DNA of 63,792 nt, filler included, from Reticulomyxa filosa (Eukaryota > Protista > Foraminifera), in assembly GCA_000512085.1 (NCBI GenBank). It is 13 parts of 13 records of this genome, joined end to end, with 100 filler letters (N's around TTAATTAATTAA, not from the genome) between each part and the next. Parts side by side here need not be neighbours in the genome. Positions count along the whole stretch, not along the records: positions 1 to 2,248 come from ASPP01005712.1; positions 2,349 to 3,676 come from ASPP01012788.1; positions 3,777 to 12,303 come from ASPP01010742.1; positions 12,404 to 14,291 come from ASPP01013198.1; 9 more parts are not named here. One strand, given 5' to 3'. Within the stretch, counting starts at the first letter, position 1; every line of letters begins with the position of its first letter. Position numbers and translations under genes: made by a program. Positions 1 through 13,000 of the stretch are shown one piece after another. Under the pieces are notes generated by a model. That model was not told the origin of the DNA and ran no database searches. It saw only the letters and a program-made list of their open reading frames with translations.

Positions 1-75
1 TTTTTTTTTTTTTTTTTTATCCTTTTTCCTCTCTTCACTCCCTGTTTTCTCTTCTCTTTTTTTTTGTTATCTTAC

Positions 76-2130
76 CATAATTGCCCAATAAAAGATCTGT
101 GCCAATAGCTTGGGGTCCAATAACAACCAATTTTTTGATGGCATTGGCACTCAAGGGCAAAACACGTTTGTTGTTTTTGTACATGCACACTGAATGGCCT
201 GCGATGACACGACTCATTTCGACGTGAGCAGTACCTTCAACACTGCTGTCGTTCTTCAAATAATTGTATTCCACAAATGTTGGTGGATCAAGCAATCCCA
301 ATCGAATGCGAACTGTAAACAACCGAGCGAACGCTTGGTTCACTTCGTCCTCAGTTAGCATGCCTTCATCAATTGCCTCAGGGATTTGGTCAATTGCTGC
401 CAATTTTTCATTTTAATTTTTTTTTAAAGAAATTATGTACAGTATACGTTGGTACTTTTTTTTTGTTTGTTTGTTTTGTTTCCTCTTTTCTCAGTTTCGC
501 GGATATTACTTACCAACAGTGCCTCCACCTTCCTATTAAATTATTTCACATATATATACAGCAAAATTTTTTTTTTTTCTTCCCTCCACTCATAAGTACT
601 TATTGAGAGTTATGTCCGTACATACCTGGTCACATCCGTTTGTAATGGCTATCGACACAGCTTGAGTGTAATTGTCGGCATAGCCGTGTCTTTGTATCAA
701 TCACCCAACAAAAGTATTACAACGGTGTAGTGTCCGTGCAAACAAACAAACAGCCATAGAAATATGTATTTCAAATAATAAAAATAAAAGCTAACGTTTC
801 ATAAATTTGTGCCATTGCCTTCAATGTTTTATTCCATTGTCACATATCAACCATTTAACATAGCAAAAAAAAAAAACAAGCAAACAAAAAATTAATGAGC
901 AGACAAAATGTGTTTGCTTTAGGTTGGGTTGTTGTTGTTAATGCAATAGCACTCAACATCGTAATCGGAAACGACAAAACCTGGAAATCCCCATTGGCTA
1001 CGCAACACTATTTTTTTAAAATTATGATTGTTCTTGTGTTAGGCTTTTGTCTTCCTTTCTTTGTCCCTTTTCTGGTAAGAAGCACAAAGAAAAAAGCGGT
1101 GTTAAGATAACAAACCAGTATTCAATAAATCACCATTTCCGCAAGCAGGAACTCCATTAATGGAGTTATAACTATATACAATTAAAAGTGGTCATTTTTA
1201 TTTCGTTTTTCCCAAACCCAGCCCCAAAAAATTCGTACATTATATATACGCACACAAATATGTATATTGAAAAGCAGTAGATAATGTACCTGCACATCAC
1301 ATGAGCGCCTTCGGCTTCAACGACACATGCTAGTTTGTGTATTGGAGATGAGAGGACGTTGCATTTCAAATGAAATAAGTTACCACAAACACGTTTGAAG
1401 AGGGAGGAAGAAAATAAAAAAAAAGAGATCTGAATGTACAAACCACGAAATGCAGGAGAATACGTTTCAGCCCAGTTTCTCGAGTCTACTATTGCATTGA
1501 AATAGTATCTTGGCACTGGATCCGATTCCAAGTCGTAAGCTTTTATTTGTCCCAATTTGTAAGTTATAATGTCAGAGAAAAACAAAAGTTGTGGCACGGT
1601 ATTCCAAAAAGTTTTAGAAAGTTCGAATTCGAATCGTTTTTAAAAAGAAAAAAAAGAAAAAAAAAATTGTATAAAATGTAAAGTGTAAATGTGAATAAAT
1701 TTGAATGAATAGGATAGAGAGGTTGAAACCTGCAAAGTGCTTGCAACATGCGGCAGTTAACAAATAAGTGTTATTTTGTTTGTTACCAAATTGCAATCCT
1801 CGAACGTAATGATAAGTTAATTTCCCAGTCAGCAAAGGATCTTCTGAATACACTTCTTGGGATCTCCCCCATCTTTTTTTTTTTTTTTTTTTTGGATAGA
1901 AGTGAAGGTAAGAGGACAAAGGAGGAAAAGAGGGACAATTGAAGATAATTTACCTTGGGTCTCTCACTAAGTTGAGATTTGGAGAATAAATGGTGATAGT
2001 GGCTCCATTTTCGTTGGTACCACGATCTCCGGCATTGACATGCGCATTGTAGAGAGCGCGGGCTTCATAGGCAGTGATATTGCCAACGTTGTACAAATCC
2101 ATTTTGCTCCAAGTCGCACCTAATCCACAT
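76..2130 (-). CDS. Glycoside hydrolase family 3 (beta-xylosidase/beta-glucosidase-like), multi-exon, partial at both ends
   Basis: Spliced exons give GH3 signatures: CGLGATW, IYSPNLNLVRDPR|WGRSQEVYSEDP (GT-AG intron 1873-1953), ACCKHF, WGFPGFVVSDY (catalytic nucleophile Asp, ~962-993), RLFTVRIRLGLLD, KNNKRVLPL and LVVIGP. Confidence 0.93.
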
Positions 2131-2248
2131 CTGCAATCAAACACCACGTTTGTATCTCAAGTCATGTTAGTGTCTGTCATACACAAGGAAGCAAAGAAGA
2201 CCAGGGCAAGAGAAGGGGAGGGGGGGAGGGAGAGAAAAAAAAAAAAAA

Positions 2249-2348
2249 NNNNNNNNNNNNNNNNNNNNNNNNNNNNNNNNNNNNNNNNNNNNTTAATTAA
2301 TTAANNNNNNNNNNNNNNNNNNNNNNNNNNNNNNNNNNNNNNNNNNNN
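2249..2348. other. Artificial contig spacer (44 N + TTAATTAATTAA + 44 N). Identical spacers at 3677-3776, 12304-12403, 14292-14391, 16729-16828, 19943-20042, 21866-21965, 29343-29442, 31218-31317, 35026-35125, 60643-60742 and 62373-62472
   Basis: The same 100-nt structure occurs 12 times. The 12-mer places stop codons in all six frames, and sequence content changes abruptly across each spacer. Confidence 0.99.
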
Positions 2349-2773
2349 TTTTTTTTTTTTTTTTTTTTTTTTGAGTGTTCAGAGTTTGTACACGTATACA
2401 AGTTCTTTTTTTTTTTTATTCTTTTTTTTTTTTTTTTAAAAAAAGACGTAAAAGCAAGCAGTCAAAAAGTCAAAGTATCAAACGGAAGTCTTCGATGTCC
2501 ACCTCTTCAAAGTCTCATAAATCTTTGATGAGCCACTCCTCGACTATTTCCCGCTCCAGTATGGCACTTTTGTTGTTGTTTTTTTTTTTTTTAAATCACT
2601 CTAAAACTTATCCTTTTTTTTTTTTTTTAAGAATGATACAAGATATGAAACATAGAAACGCTAAAGTACTTTGCGAAAGGGGGAGGAAGGGGATGTCTAG
2701 TGAGTATACTGCGTTTCTAAAGTGTGTTCACAATATTCACAAACCAAAAAAAAAAAAAAGCTAACAAGTCATT

Positions 2774-3647
2774 GATGACAGAGGAAGATGTAGAGGACAG
2801 TGAAGAAAAACAAATTGTAGACTTGTGGAGGACAAACAAGACGATAGAGTATTGTGATGAAGACGACAGACAGAATTGTGTGAACGAAAATTATGAGTGC
2901 GAATTTGAGAGCAGTGAACTTCCTGTTGATGGGGATAATCGCGAGTATAGTGTTTCCAAAAAAAGTCAGAACAAACAAAAAAGCAGAGACATTATGTTGG
3001 AAGAGAAGTCAGCAAAGAAAAAAAAAAGCGGACGCAAACGCGTACTTCGAACCAAGACCATGAAAACGCACAAAGCGTCCATTTCCAAACATTCACGCAA
3101 TCTGTCCAAAACAAAGTCGCAGCCCACGCCCAAACGCACTACCATTCCAAACGGCCAGGTCAAGTGTAGTCAATCTGATACCTCTACCACTGTTTCCCTT
3201 CCTGGTGACAGCAGAAAGTCTTTTATCGTGTCCAGAAAAGCTCACAGTGAAAGTTTTGGAAATTGGGACAAATGCAAGATATTTGAAAAGTTATAAATTT
3301 TTTTTTTTTTTTTTGGTGTATGTATACGTATTTGTGTTTTTTTTTTTGCCAGGGATAATCTTTTTTTGGATTGACCAATTAGGTTAAGGAGGGGGGGGGA
3401 GAAGAGATTTTAAAAAAATTAAAAAATAAAAAAGGCGCTTTTCAATTGACTCCCTGTCCATGATGAGCTCAAGACCTGAAGTAAAGTTTTATTGTGTCCA
3501 TGCAAAGAAGCCACAGGATGTATCAATCAACGACTTCAAATCGAACTTTGGGATTAATCAACCCACATATGTTGAAGTACATCAGCAAGCAGTGGCACAA
3601 GAACTGGTTGTCTCTGCGTTTGACACGTTGGACAAAGCCCAAATGGT
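2774..3647 (+). CDS. Hypothetical protein, spliced, partial (acidic/basic low-complexity region followed by a globular segment)
   Basis: Long ORF 2724-3296 followed by a T-rich/A-rich intron ending ...aaaaaag at ~3434 and an exon reading RFSIDSLSMMSSRPEVKFYCV. No family recognised. Confidence 0.5.
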
Positions 3648-3859
3648 ACAACTTTTTTTTTTTTTTTTTTTTTTTGNNNNNNNNNNNNNNNNNNNNNNNN
3701 NNNNNNNNNNNNNNNNNNNNTTAATTAATTAANNNNNNNNNNNNNNNNNNNNNNNNNNNNNNNNNNNNNNNNNNNNTTTTTTTTTTTTTTTCTTCCTTCC
3801 TCCCCTACCCCTTTTTTCTTTACCTCTTTTTTTCAAAAAAAAAAAAAAGAGGAACATAC

Positions 3860-4729
3860 TTAAAAAAGGTTGAATGGACTCGCCGGAATACGTTTCGTAT
3901 TTGTTAACAATGTTGAAAATCGCCAATTCGTTTTGTTTCCAAAACAGCAACAAACGACTTAATGCACGGATGGCCATGGTGACATCTTTGGAAGTGATAA
4001 GCTTCCCAGTCACCGCTTCGCTGGATCCCTTTTTCTCTTTGTCTTTTTGGTCAGTTGCTTCATTTTCGTCAATGGCCATCAGCGCGTCTTCCAGATCCAA
4101 ATTGGAAAATGCCTCCCCGTCTATTTCTTGCTGTGAGGTTGTCTCCGCTGTCGATTGCGTTGTAGTGCGCTTCTTCTTTTGTGTTTGGGTTGTGTCTTCG
4201 CTATTGTTCGTCTTGTGCTGCTCTTCGTCCAGTTTCGCTTGCTGTGATCGCTCTTGCTCCTTTGATTGCAAATATGCTTTTTGTTTTTCCAATTGATTCG
4301 CTTTCCATTCGTTGTACTCTGCTGGTAGCAGTTTTTTTTTGTGCTGTTCATTATACTTTCGCAGTCTCTCTCCATGAAAATTGTCCACACTGCTAATCTG
4401 GAGTTATTGCACAACAAACGCCTGTTTTCTATTGATATCCAAAAAATAAACACAACAAACAAATCATCAAAATTAACTTCTTTCAACAATGCCTGCAAAA
4501 ACGTCAATCTTTTTTTTCGTAATGACTGATTCACGTGCGCTTCCGATGTGAATTGGTCGTGCAATAGTGACTTTAATGACTCGTAGTCAATGTAATAATC
4601 TGAAAACTGTAGGATTTGGGCTGCTTTATACTGGTCTCCAAACTTTAACACTGATTCAACCCGATGAAGCTTCTTGTTTGGCACTGGAACATTTTCTGAC
4701 TCATTTGGCTTTTCATTTGGGGTGGTCAT
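3860..4729 (-). CDS. SPX domain-containing protein, 3'-partial
   Basis: LKFGDQYKAAQILQFSDYYIDYESLKSLL matches the SPX start (MKFG...YIDYxxLKK). FLQALLKE|ISSVDNF matches the next SPX helix. LLLFWKQNELAIFNIVNKYE matches the last SPX helix. Confidence 0.85.
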
Positions 4730-5248
4730 GGATTATCAAGATATGGAATGCTAAATGTCAAAAGCTTACAAAAAACTCAAAAAGCTAATCCCGCTGTGTT
4801 TTCCCTTTTCTGCCGAGAAAGAACTTTTCGCTTAGTAAAGATTACCAAAAATTATACGAAAAATACACAGCGGATTACTTTTTGTGAAAATTTCCTCACT
4901 TCTCGTTTATCATACTTGTAATATGGCCTTTTTATTTTTGCGATAGTACATGTTTGAGTCTGGGAAGTAATATTTTTCCCTTTCCACGAGTGCAATTTGT
5001 CACCACTAAGGAAAAAAAGAACGGAAATAGACATCTTCACATTTAATGAAAACTTGGTTGACAAACAAGTGCACCTCTCACATCTCTCTCGCTCAGAAAT
5101 GTTAAATGTGCAGAGTGACCAAGTAAAAAGTTTTGTTTTCTATTGATTCAATAACTCAAAATTTTTTCAATGTGCACTGACACAACACTCAATTTACAAA
5201 CTTTGTTGTTTGGTTGTTTGGTGTTTAGGCTGGTTTGATTGCATTTCT

Positions 5249-5890
5249 TTAATAAAAGAATCCTAACACCTTCCCACCAGTGTGTTTGGATAAGGCTTCT
5301 TCGTGATCCATTATGCCATAACTGGTTGTAAGAACGACAAATCCATATTGTCTGCTCGGCAGCAACTCACTTGATCTTCTCTCAATTTGTTTTCGTCCAA
5401 TATCAAAACGTGGTGATATCACCCCGGCTTTGTTAAGTCTCCCCAACAATTCTACCACACATTTTTTGTTTCTTTTATCATCAATTACTTCAAAATCGCC
5501 GATGTATCCTTTTGTTTTTCATTGTTTAGGTGAGTATTTGTATTCACTTTTCATTGTATTTTATTATTTTTTTTTCAAATTTAAAGAGGGAAGAAAAAAA
5601 TTAAAATCTAAATTGCGAAATTTCGATCGCGTGTGTTCGCACTGATTAGTAAAGCAAAAAGACTTTCAAGGGTCCATTTAACAAATAGGACAAACACAAG
5701 TAGAAAGAGTGAATAAAAAATTTTCAAAAAATGTCTTGTCGGGTTTTATTGTTTTACCATGTTTTTGCATCACAAGTAAAAATTTTATGACGACTTTTGA
5801 AACAGGACGAATCAACACTTGTCTTCGGCCAATTCTTTCAGCATTTACCAAAGCAGTCAAAGCATTGCGCAATACACTGTAATACACCAT
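5249..5890 (-). CDS. RPS15A: 40S ribosomal protein S15a (uS8), two exons 5890-5758 and 5508-5249
   Basis: [45 protein letters not shown]|[10 protein letters not shown]...[19 protein letters not shown]...[24 protein letters not shown]...GGKVLGFFY. The GT-AG intron 5757-5509 joins the exons in frame. Confidence 0.97.
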
Positions 5891-6207
5891 CTTTTTTTCA
5901 AAGTCGCTTGCTTCTGCGAAAACTAATGAAAAAGGGAGAGAGATGGAAAAACAAGAACAACTTTTTCCCCTTTGACAATTGTATATCTCCGTTATCTTTG
6001 ATACTTCCAATTTGCAAAAACAATTTTTTGGTATGTTACGTTGTAACAAAGAGTGCTTGTGTTAGAACAAGAAATAACTATTTCACACATGTCAAATGGC
6101 TAACATTTGAAAGAATGCACCAAATGTTATTGTATTTTATCTTTAAAAAAAATTTTGACATATAGTAGGACGTAAGAGCATTGAGTTGTGTAGAACTTTA
6201 ATGAAGG

Positions 6208-6895
6208 GTGGCACACAAAAAACTTGGAGTGATGACTCAAGAGCATTGTATGGAGAAATTATTGTATAAAAAATCCAATGGACGCCTTGGAAAATGGTAT
6301 TGTGGTCAGCCAGTGAAGGTGTATAGTGTAGGATTAGAGCAATGGCGTCCAGGAGAAGTTCTTTCAATAGGTAGAGACGAAGAGGGATTATGTTTGGACG
6401 TGAGATATTGGGTGGAACATCAAATGAAAACAAAGTTTTTGGATCCAAGTTCAGACTACCTTCGTCCGATAGCAGGAGTTAAGACATTTTCAAATGTCTC
6501 GAGAATATTGTGAAACAAAAGAGAGGAGGTGTAAAATAAGCAATATGAAAAAAAATCATGTTATGGACGTTTTTTTTTTTTGCCATCGGCCCCTCTTTCC
6601 TCTTTAAAAAAAAAAAAAAAAGGGCACCAAATCGGAAAAAGTGGACTAAAGAAACAAAAGTAGAGTGTTGGAGCAACACACATCGGCGCTGGTTCCCAGC
6701 AGAAGTGGTGGGGGTGCGTAGCCAAACAAAAGAGGATGAAAATGACGACGATGAATGGCTCAAGATACAATGGCAAGTGGACAACGTTGATGGACAAACA
6801 CATGTGATGTCCAAAGAAGTTGGTAGAAAATCTTTCTGGGTGAGATATCGATATCCCGATTTAGAAGATGAATTAGTAATATTTGACATATACAA

Positions 6896-6934
<39 letters not shown>

Positions 6935-9900
6935 TGTATAATGCATTTCTTTTTTTGTATGCTTTTATCGGGAAAAAGAGAGAGAGAGAGAGAAAATGAA
7001 TGACAACATAAGAATAAGATTGAAAAAAAAAAATAAATAAATAAAATCATAACATTGGATAAAAGCCTCCAGGTGTTGTTGAGGATGGAAACGACAATGG
7101 GGCTGAAGATGAAGATGAACTGGAGACTGAGGAAGAAGAGAAAGAGGAACAACTGAAAGACGTGGAACACACTGGGGGCAATGAGAAAGGGGAGAAGGAA
7201 CTGATAATTGGAGCGGAAGGAGATATGAGCAAAGAAACGACAACAGAGAGGATGGAAAAGGAGGAAAGCGAAGTGGAAAAGAAGACAAAAAAAGGGATAA
7301 TGGATCGAAATGGGGAAACAGATGACACACTGATGCAACAAGAACAAGCGACGTCTGAAGTGGACACAACGGCCAATGAAACGACCACGTATTTGAAACG
7401 AAGGCCGGGAGAACTTTCTCAAAGTGCCTGTTCCGATGCTCTTCCATCCGATTCCACTCCACGAGCTATGAGTGGAGGAGATATTCCCTCATTCACAGGC
7501 ACAGTCATTTGCTTTTTACTATTATCTATTTCCAATTCCTATTCCTATTCCCATTCCCATTCCCATTCCCATTCCCATTCCCATTGTTTACGTCTGTTGT
7601 TGTGAATTTATATAATACAAAACAAATGAAAAGAATGGAAAGAGGAAAAGGATCGATTGCTACAAAAAATGGCGAGCTTGGAAACGGAGATAGAGATGAA
7701 GGACGCACAAATAGCAAATGAAGAAGAGACAAGTGGAGAACTGTTGAAAGAGTTGGAATTCAAAAAACACACCATCGCCGAACTCGAGCGAGAACTGCAA
7801 AAAATGAAAGAGAAAAACTCCAGTTTGAAAGAGCACATTAAAAAATACAACCAATCCATATCTCCTGATCGTCACACCCCCGGATCCAACAAAGGCTCTT
7901 CCAATGAAACCAGTGAAGACGACAAAAAGTCATGTTCATCACTTCAAAGCTCACAAAAAGTAGCACGCAAATACGAAGTAATTACCACAAAATAACACAC
8001 ACATACACACATGCTATTTCAACATTTGCATTTATTTTGTTTTTTCCTCTCCTCCTCTCAAAAAAAACAAACACTTGGATGGTTGAAATAGCTCGTACAA
8101 CAAAACAATAAAATGTTACGAGAAGAAAACAAAACATTGAAAGAAAAATTAAAAGAAACAGAGACTTCATTACAACTCAAAATCACTCAAAGTTATGTTA
8201 TTTCTTTTTACTATACATATATATGTATATATATATATATGTATATGTAATTGGTTATAACAGTGCGGCAAAGAGATGATTTTGAGACGATATACAATGA
8301 AAACGCATCACTGAAACAATTACAATCGAGCAATCAAGATCACAGTGTCACCGAAAATGAACAATCGAGCGATATTAAAAAAGCAACGTTGGCACTATTG
8401 CCGACTCAGCCACAAACACAAGTGCAAACACAAGTGCAAATACAAGTGCAAACACAAGTGCAAACACAAGTGCAAACGCAAGCAAAGACAAATAACGAAA
8501 ATGAAGCAAAGGACATGATGTCAATTTGGCGAGTAAAACAGCGCAAATTGTATCAACAAATCGAGCAATTACAAAAAGAACTCGAATCAATTCAAAGTCA
8601 AAAATTGACGTTAAATATAACCAATCAAAAACTACGTCAAGAGTGTGTATTGGAACAAGAATTAAACAGCGCAATCGGAGTCCATGTGAAGCGCGCTCTC
8701 ATCAACAGCGGACTCTTACACACGCGCGTGAAACATTTGCGAAAGCGATTCACAGGGACCACCATTATCAATTGCGATAGTCTATCCACACACCTTGTCA
8801 ATTTGGAATCCGAGTTATTGGCATTAATTCACAACTTGAACGACATCATTGCCGAAAAAAATAAAAGCAGAACTGGTCGACAATGTTTAGTTACTTTTTA
8901 AATCACACTTTATCATAGCCTAGATTCAAACACAATTCCATTTTATATAAAAAAAAGTATATGATCGTCATCCATTCAAGCCCACTCACGTCGAACGAGG
9001 ATCTGACAACACCACGACGATAATGAAAAACCAACTGAAGAAGAAAAAAAACAATGGTTCTGCTTTTCTTTTGTATAAAAAAAAAAATGTGTGTCTTATT
9101 TTCACAACTGAGATCTGCATCTGCAATATAACATGGGCGGGGATGAACGGAGGATAGAGGGCAATGCAAGGTCACATTCAAACACAAATAAACGCCATTT
9201 GAAGTCAAAGAGCTTATCTCCACGCACTCCTCCGGGCAATGGAGAATCGACCAATTTTGTCGATCAAGTTAGCAACGACGGAGATCATAATGACAATGCT
9301 CACGATTGTGATCATGACGATGGCAATGAAAACCAATCAAATGGACACACTCGCTTCTGTTTTAATGGCAAACGTAAAATTAATATCCGAAAACCTGTCA
9401 TTTTACGAACCTCGCCACTTCATGACGGAGACGAGGACGAAGATGGGGATGGAGACGAGAACGAAGATGAAGATGAAGATGAAGATCAAGATCAAGATCA
9501 AGATCAAGATCAAGATCAAGAGGAGGATGTTGACTACGGAGTACAATCGCCCCGTGTGACTGATTTTATACAGCTTGAATCGTCAGCTTCACCCGGGATA
9601 ACCAACGACAACGGAGCTGCCTTGCCAAAGACAGGAAGAGACGTCCCTGCCGAATCTGTCGAAATTGTGCGTGCTTGCATTTTACATATATCTTTGTACA
9701 TGTGCATGTTCAAACAAAGAAGAGCGAAGCAAATTGGTCACCATACGTACGCATTTGCATTCTTATAACATATGCTCATACATATATATATTATTCAATA
9801 TATATATGTATGCATATATGTATATATTATATACATATGTGTGCATACATAAATACATAAACATATACACCAATATTTCTATTGTACGCGGATATGCGAC

Positions 9901-10706
9901 ATTCATCCCAATTAGGAAGACAGACGGAAAGGGGCATCTGCAAGTGTCATCGCGCCAAGTCATACTCTCTCTCCAGTTTCAACCACATCCAGTACACCTG
10001 GCACATCAACAGCCCCAAACGCAGTCGGTAGCAACAACAATAAAAGCACTCCAAGGAAAATTATACGTAACGAAAGCGTAACATATCAACCTTCGTCTGG
10101 TGGGAAGCGATCCCACAACAATGCCAGTATGGTGACGTCAGTCACATCAAATCAACTGGGTCACGAACACGTCACTAGCGATCATTCGAAAAATGGAATA
10201 ACAAACGCAAGCGCAAAACAAATCTCGTCAAATGACGACAAAATTGACGATACATTATCGTGGACAATGCCAATTAAATGGCCAAAATGCTTCAGATCCA
10301 AAAACCGAAATGCAGAAACCAATGTCTCCTTCACTGTGGATGACATCATTTTTACAGACCGCGCTAATCCTTCACAACGTATATATTTTTTTGTTTGATT
10401 ATACAATGTCATATGCTACTAAAAAAAAAAAACAACACAAATAAAATGTTTTGATATATATCCTTACGTACAGAGCAAGTGTATTCATGTTATGATTTAA
10501 GCCAATACAAGTTAAATGACAAGTCCAATTTGTTCGTTGTTGTTTTCAAGGATGGATCCAAGTTTGAATTAAATTTACAAACAAAGTTAGAATATACACT
10601 TCATATACGTAAAAAGTTAGATCAAACAAAATCAATAAGCGTTTGTTGTGGGTTGATGTTTGTTCCTAAAATAATCGAAACAAAAGGGGACAAGCGAATC
10701 GACTAA
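6208..10706 (+). CDS. Multi-exon protein with two Agenet/Tudor-like repeats, acidic and coiled-coil regions, and a possible C-terminal PH-like fold
   Basis: Two similar units, WYCGQPVKVYSVGLEQWRPGEVLSI and WTKETKVECWSNTHRRWFPAEVVGV, are joined by the in-frame intron 6510-6622. Heptad-rich exons lie at 7657-7995 and 8251-8901, and beta-rich terminal exons at 10260-10706. The start codon and some exon joins are uncertain. Confidence 0.6.
8416..8481 (+). repeat. 12-bp coding tandem repeat (ACACAAGTGCAA)n encoding TQVQ
   Basis: Seen directly within ORF 8251-8901. Confidence 0.9.
9463..9520 (+). repeat. Coding hexamer repeats (GAAGAT)n then (CAAGAT)n encoding ED/QD runs
   Basis: Seen directly within ORF 9133-9768. 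Confidence 0.9.
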
Positions 10707-12499
10707 CCCGGAAATTTGAACAGTTTGAGCGAAAAATAACACAAGCAGTTAGAAATAGATTTTAAGTAGGTGCATGACTTGATGTTGTTTGATTGTTTTA
10801 CTGTATTTGAAGCAACAAAAACTTTGGTGTTTATCGATGTCGCTTGTGTCTTATTGCCTTGAAATTCTGTTTGTATCTTTTTTACTTTATTTTAGAACTT
10901 TTTTGTTTTTGTTTTTTTTGGTTGCTACGTAAGCGACGCTTGAAGCAAACACAGTATTTGTTGTGATTTTTTTTTATTTGAAAAGAATTCAGGATTGAAA
11001 TGCATTGTTATTTTTATGTTTGAAATTACACTTTTATTTGCCTTGTGGTTGGAAGATTATTTAGTGTATACGTGTTGTGTTGAACAATTTGCTTTGCTTT
11101 GTGTTTTTTTGCTTTCTTTTTTTTTTGAATTTATCAATGAACAAACACATTTGTTCGTTTTCAAAAAAAAAAATATATTATACATATTTATTATATTATT
11201 ACTGATATTTGCCATGCTCTTTCTAAAAAAAATTTCTTATCTTCATTGAAAAAAAATTAAATATATTGTTAAAATCCATTTAAAATATTTTTTAAAACAT
11301 CTTTCATTACCATTTAGAAAAAAAAAAAACTCAATATCCCTTTTTACATTAGATGAACATGCAAGAAAAAAAAATACAATCTAAGATATACTTAAACTCA
11401 ATGATCTCCAAATGCCAGAATTCAACTTGTTGTTATTACTAGTTCAAAGTTTGAGCATTGACTCTACGTTGTACGTTGCTAGTTTTATTAAAGATCAATT
11501 GCATGCTATGATTTGTATCACTATATTATCAATCTTTTTTGGATTCATAGTGTTAGTTGCTACACTAACTAGTTAATTTTTTTTTTTTTTTCTTATTTCA
11601 ATATTTAATTGTTTGTTTTTTTTTTGTAGGAAGGACTATTTTAGTTCGTGAAAATAGTGGTATCAACTCAAACTCAAGATTTTCCAACCTTTCCGAGTAT
11701 TCCCACTATTCAAGTGACGCCGAGAATCACTTTTAGAAGACAAGATTTCAAGATATGAACTAGATGAGAAAAAAAAGTGAAATGTTTTTTTTTTTATTCT
11801 TTGTGAAATCTAAGTGACATTATTTTGGCAAAGCTTATTTTGTAACGTCACAGCAAATCTCACTTAGTATAGACAATTGTACTGGTGAGAGTCAGCTACA
11901 GTAAAGTGAACACGAAAGGTTTATCTTGCAACAAATCTCAGTAAAAGTTATTTTTACAAAGGACAAAAGCAACCAAAGAACGAGAAAGCTGAACGAAATG
12001 ATATAAAGTTTAAAGAAAAGGAATTCCAAGGTTCTGTTGGAAATGTTGTTCAACACAAAAAGAGAAAATTGGGAACACGAAAAAATGGAAAATTTACAAA
12101 TCAAAGATATGTAATGTTTTTTGTACCTTTAGCAGCGTTAGGAATACAATTACTTCAGTCCCTTTTTGCTAAACAGTTGTATGTAGGAAGTTATCAAATC
12201 ATTTGCAAGCCAACTGTACAACAGTTTCGACAAACGTGTACAAAAGTGCTAACAAGAATGGGTGAAACCCATAAAAATAAAAATCCATATTGGAGAAAGT
12301 ACTNNNNNNNNNNNNNNNNNNNNNNNNNNNNNNNNNNNNNNNNNNNNTTAATTAATTAANNNNNNNNNNNNNNNNNNNNNNNNNNNNNNNNNNNNNNNNN
12401 NNNATATTCACAGATGCATATAAAAAAATTGCTTTCTTTCCCTTTTTTTCCCTTTTTTTTTTTTTATTTAAAAAAAAAAAGAAAGGAATGGATACACGT

Positions 12500-13000
12500 A
12501 ACATAGTATCCCTTGTTATCATAACTCCCGGTGGCCAACATTATCAAAGAAATGAGCGCCATGACTGGTTTGATTACGATAAACTGAATGCAGGATTGCT
12601 TGCAAAATCTCAAAAAACGTACATTGAGTTGCATCTTTGGCAAGAAACACAGCGGCCATGGATGTGATAATGGATTTTTGTGCGACAACAGTACAATTAG
12701 CGACGATTCCCCGCCGACGTAACCCAACACCAAAGTTAAAAAACAATACACGACAAACGCCTCGTACACATCACGGACAATCTCCAGATACAACCCCAAA
12801 CTACGGGATCTCATACTAGACCACGATATTATTGCATACAACGGTACAATGAATAGAATTCGAACAATAAACAGCTGTTGCTCTGGCTTTGTGTAGAATT
12901 GCACGTGTTTGAACATATTGTACAAGGCTATCAAGCAACCTAACAACGAACATATCCCTCCTATCACCCATGCGGTGTCTGAGTCGGCCCATTCGACCAT
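12500..13000 (-). CDS. TMEM184 / organic solute transporter alpha (OSTalpha) family membrane protein, 3'-partial
   Basis: From ATG at 13000: HVQFYTKPEQQLFIVRILFIVPLYAIISW, VRDVYEAFVVYCFLTL, HPWPLCFL and CIQFIVIKPVMAL are family signatures. Confidence 0.92.

Noticed and set aside
2293-2304. Recurrent TTAATTAATTAA palindrome as a biological repeat or element end
   Set aside because: It is always centred in an N spacer and is an artificial six-frame stop linker.
5509-5757. Long RPS15A intron as a snoRNA host
   Set aside because: No convincing C/D boxes or H/ACA hairpin pair is visible.
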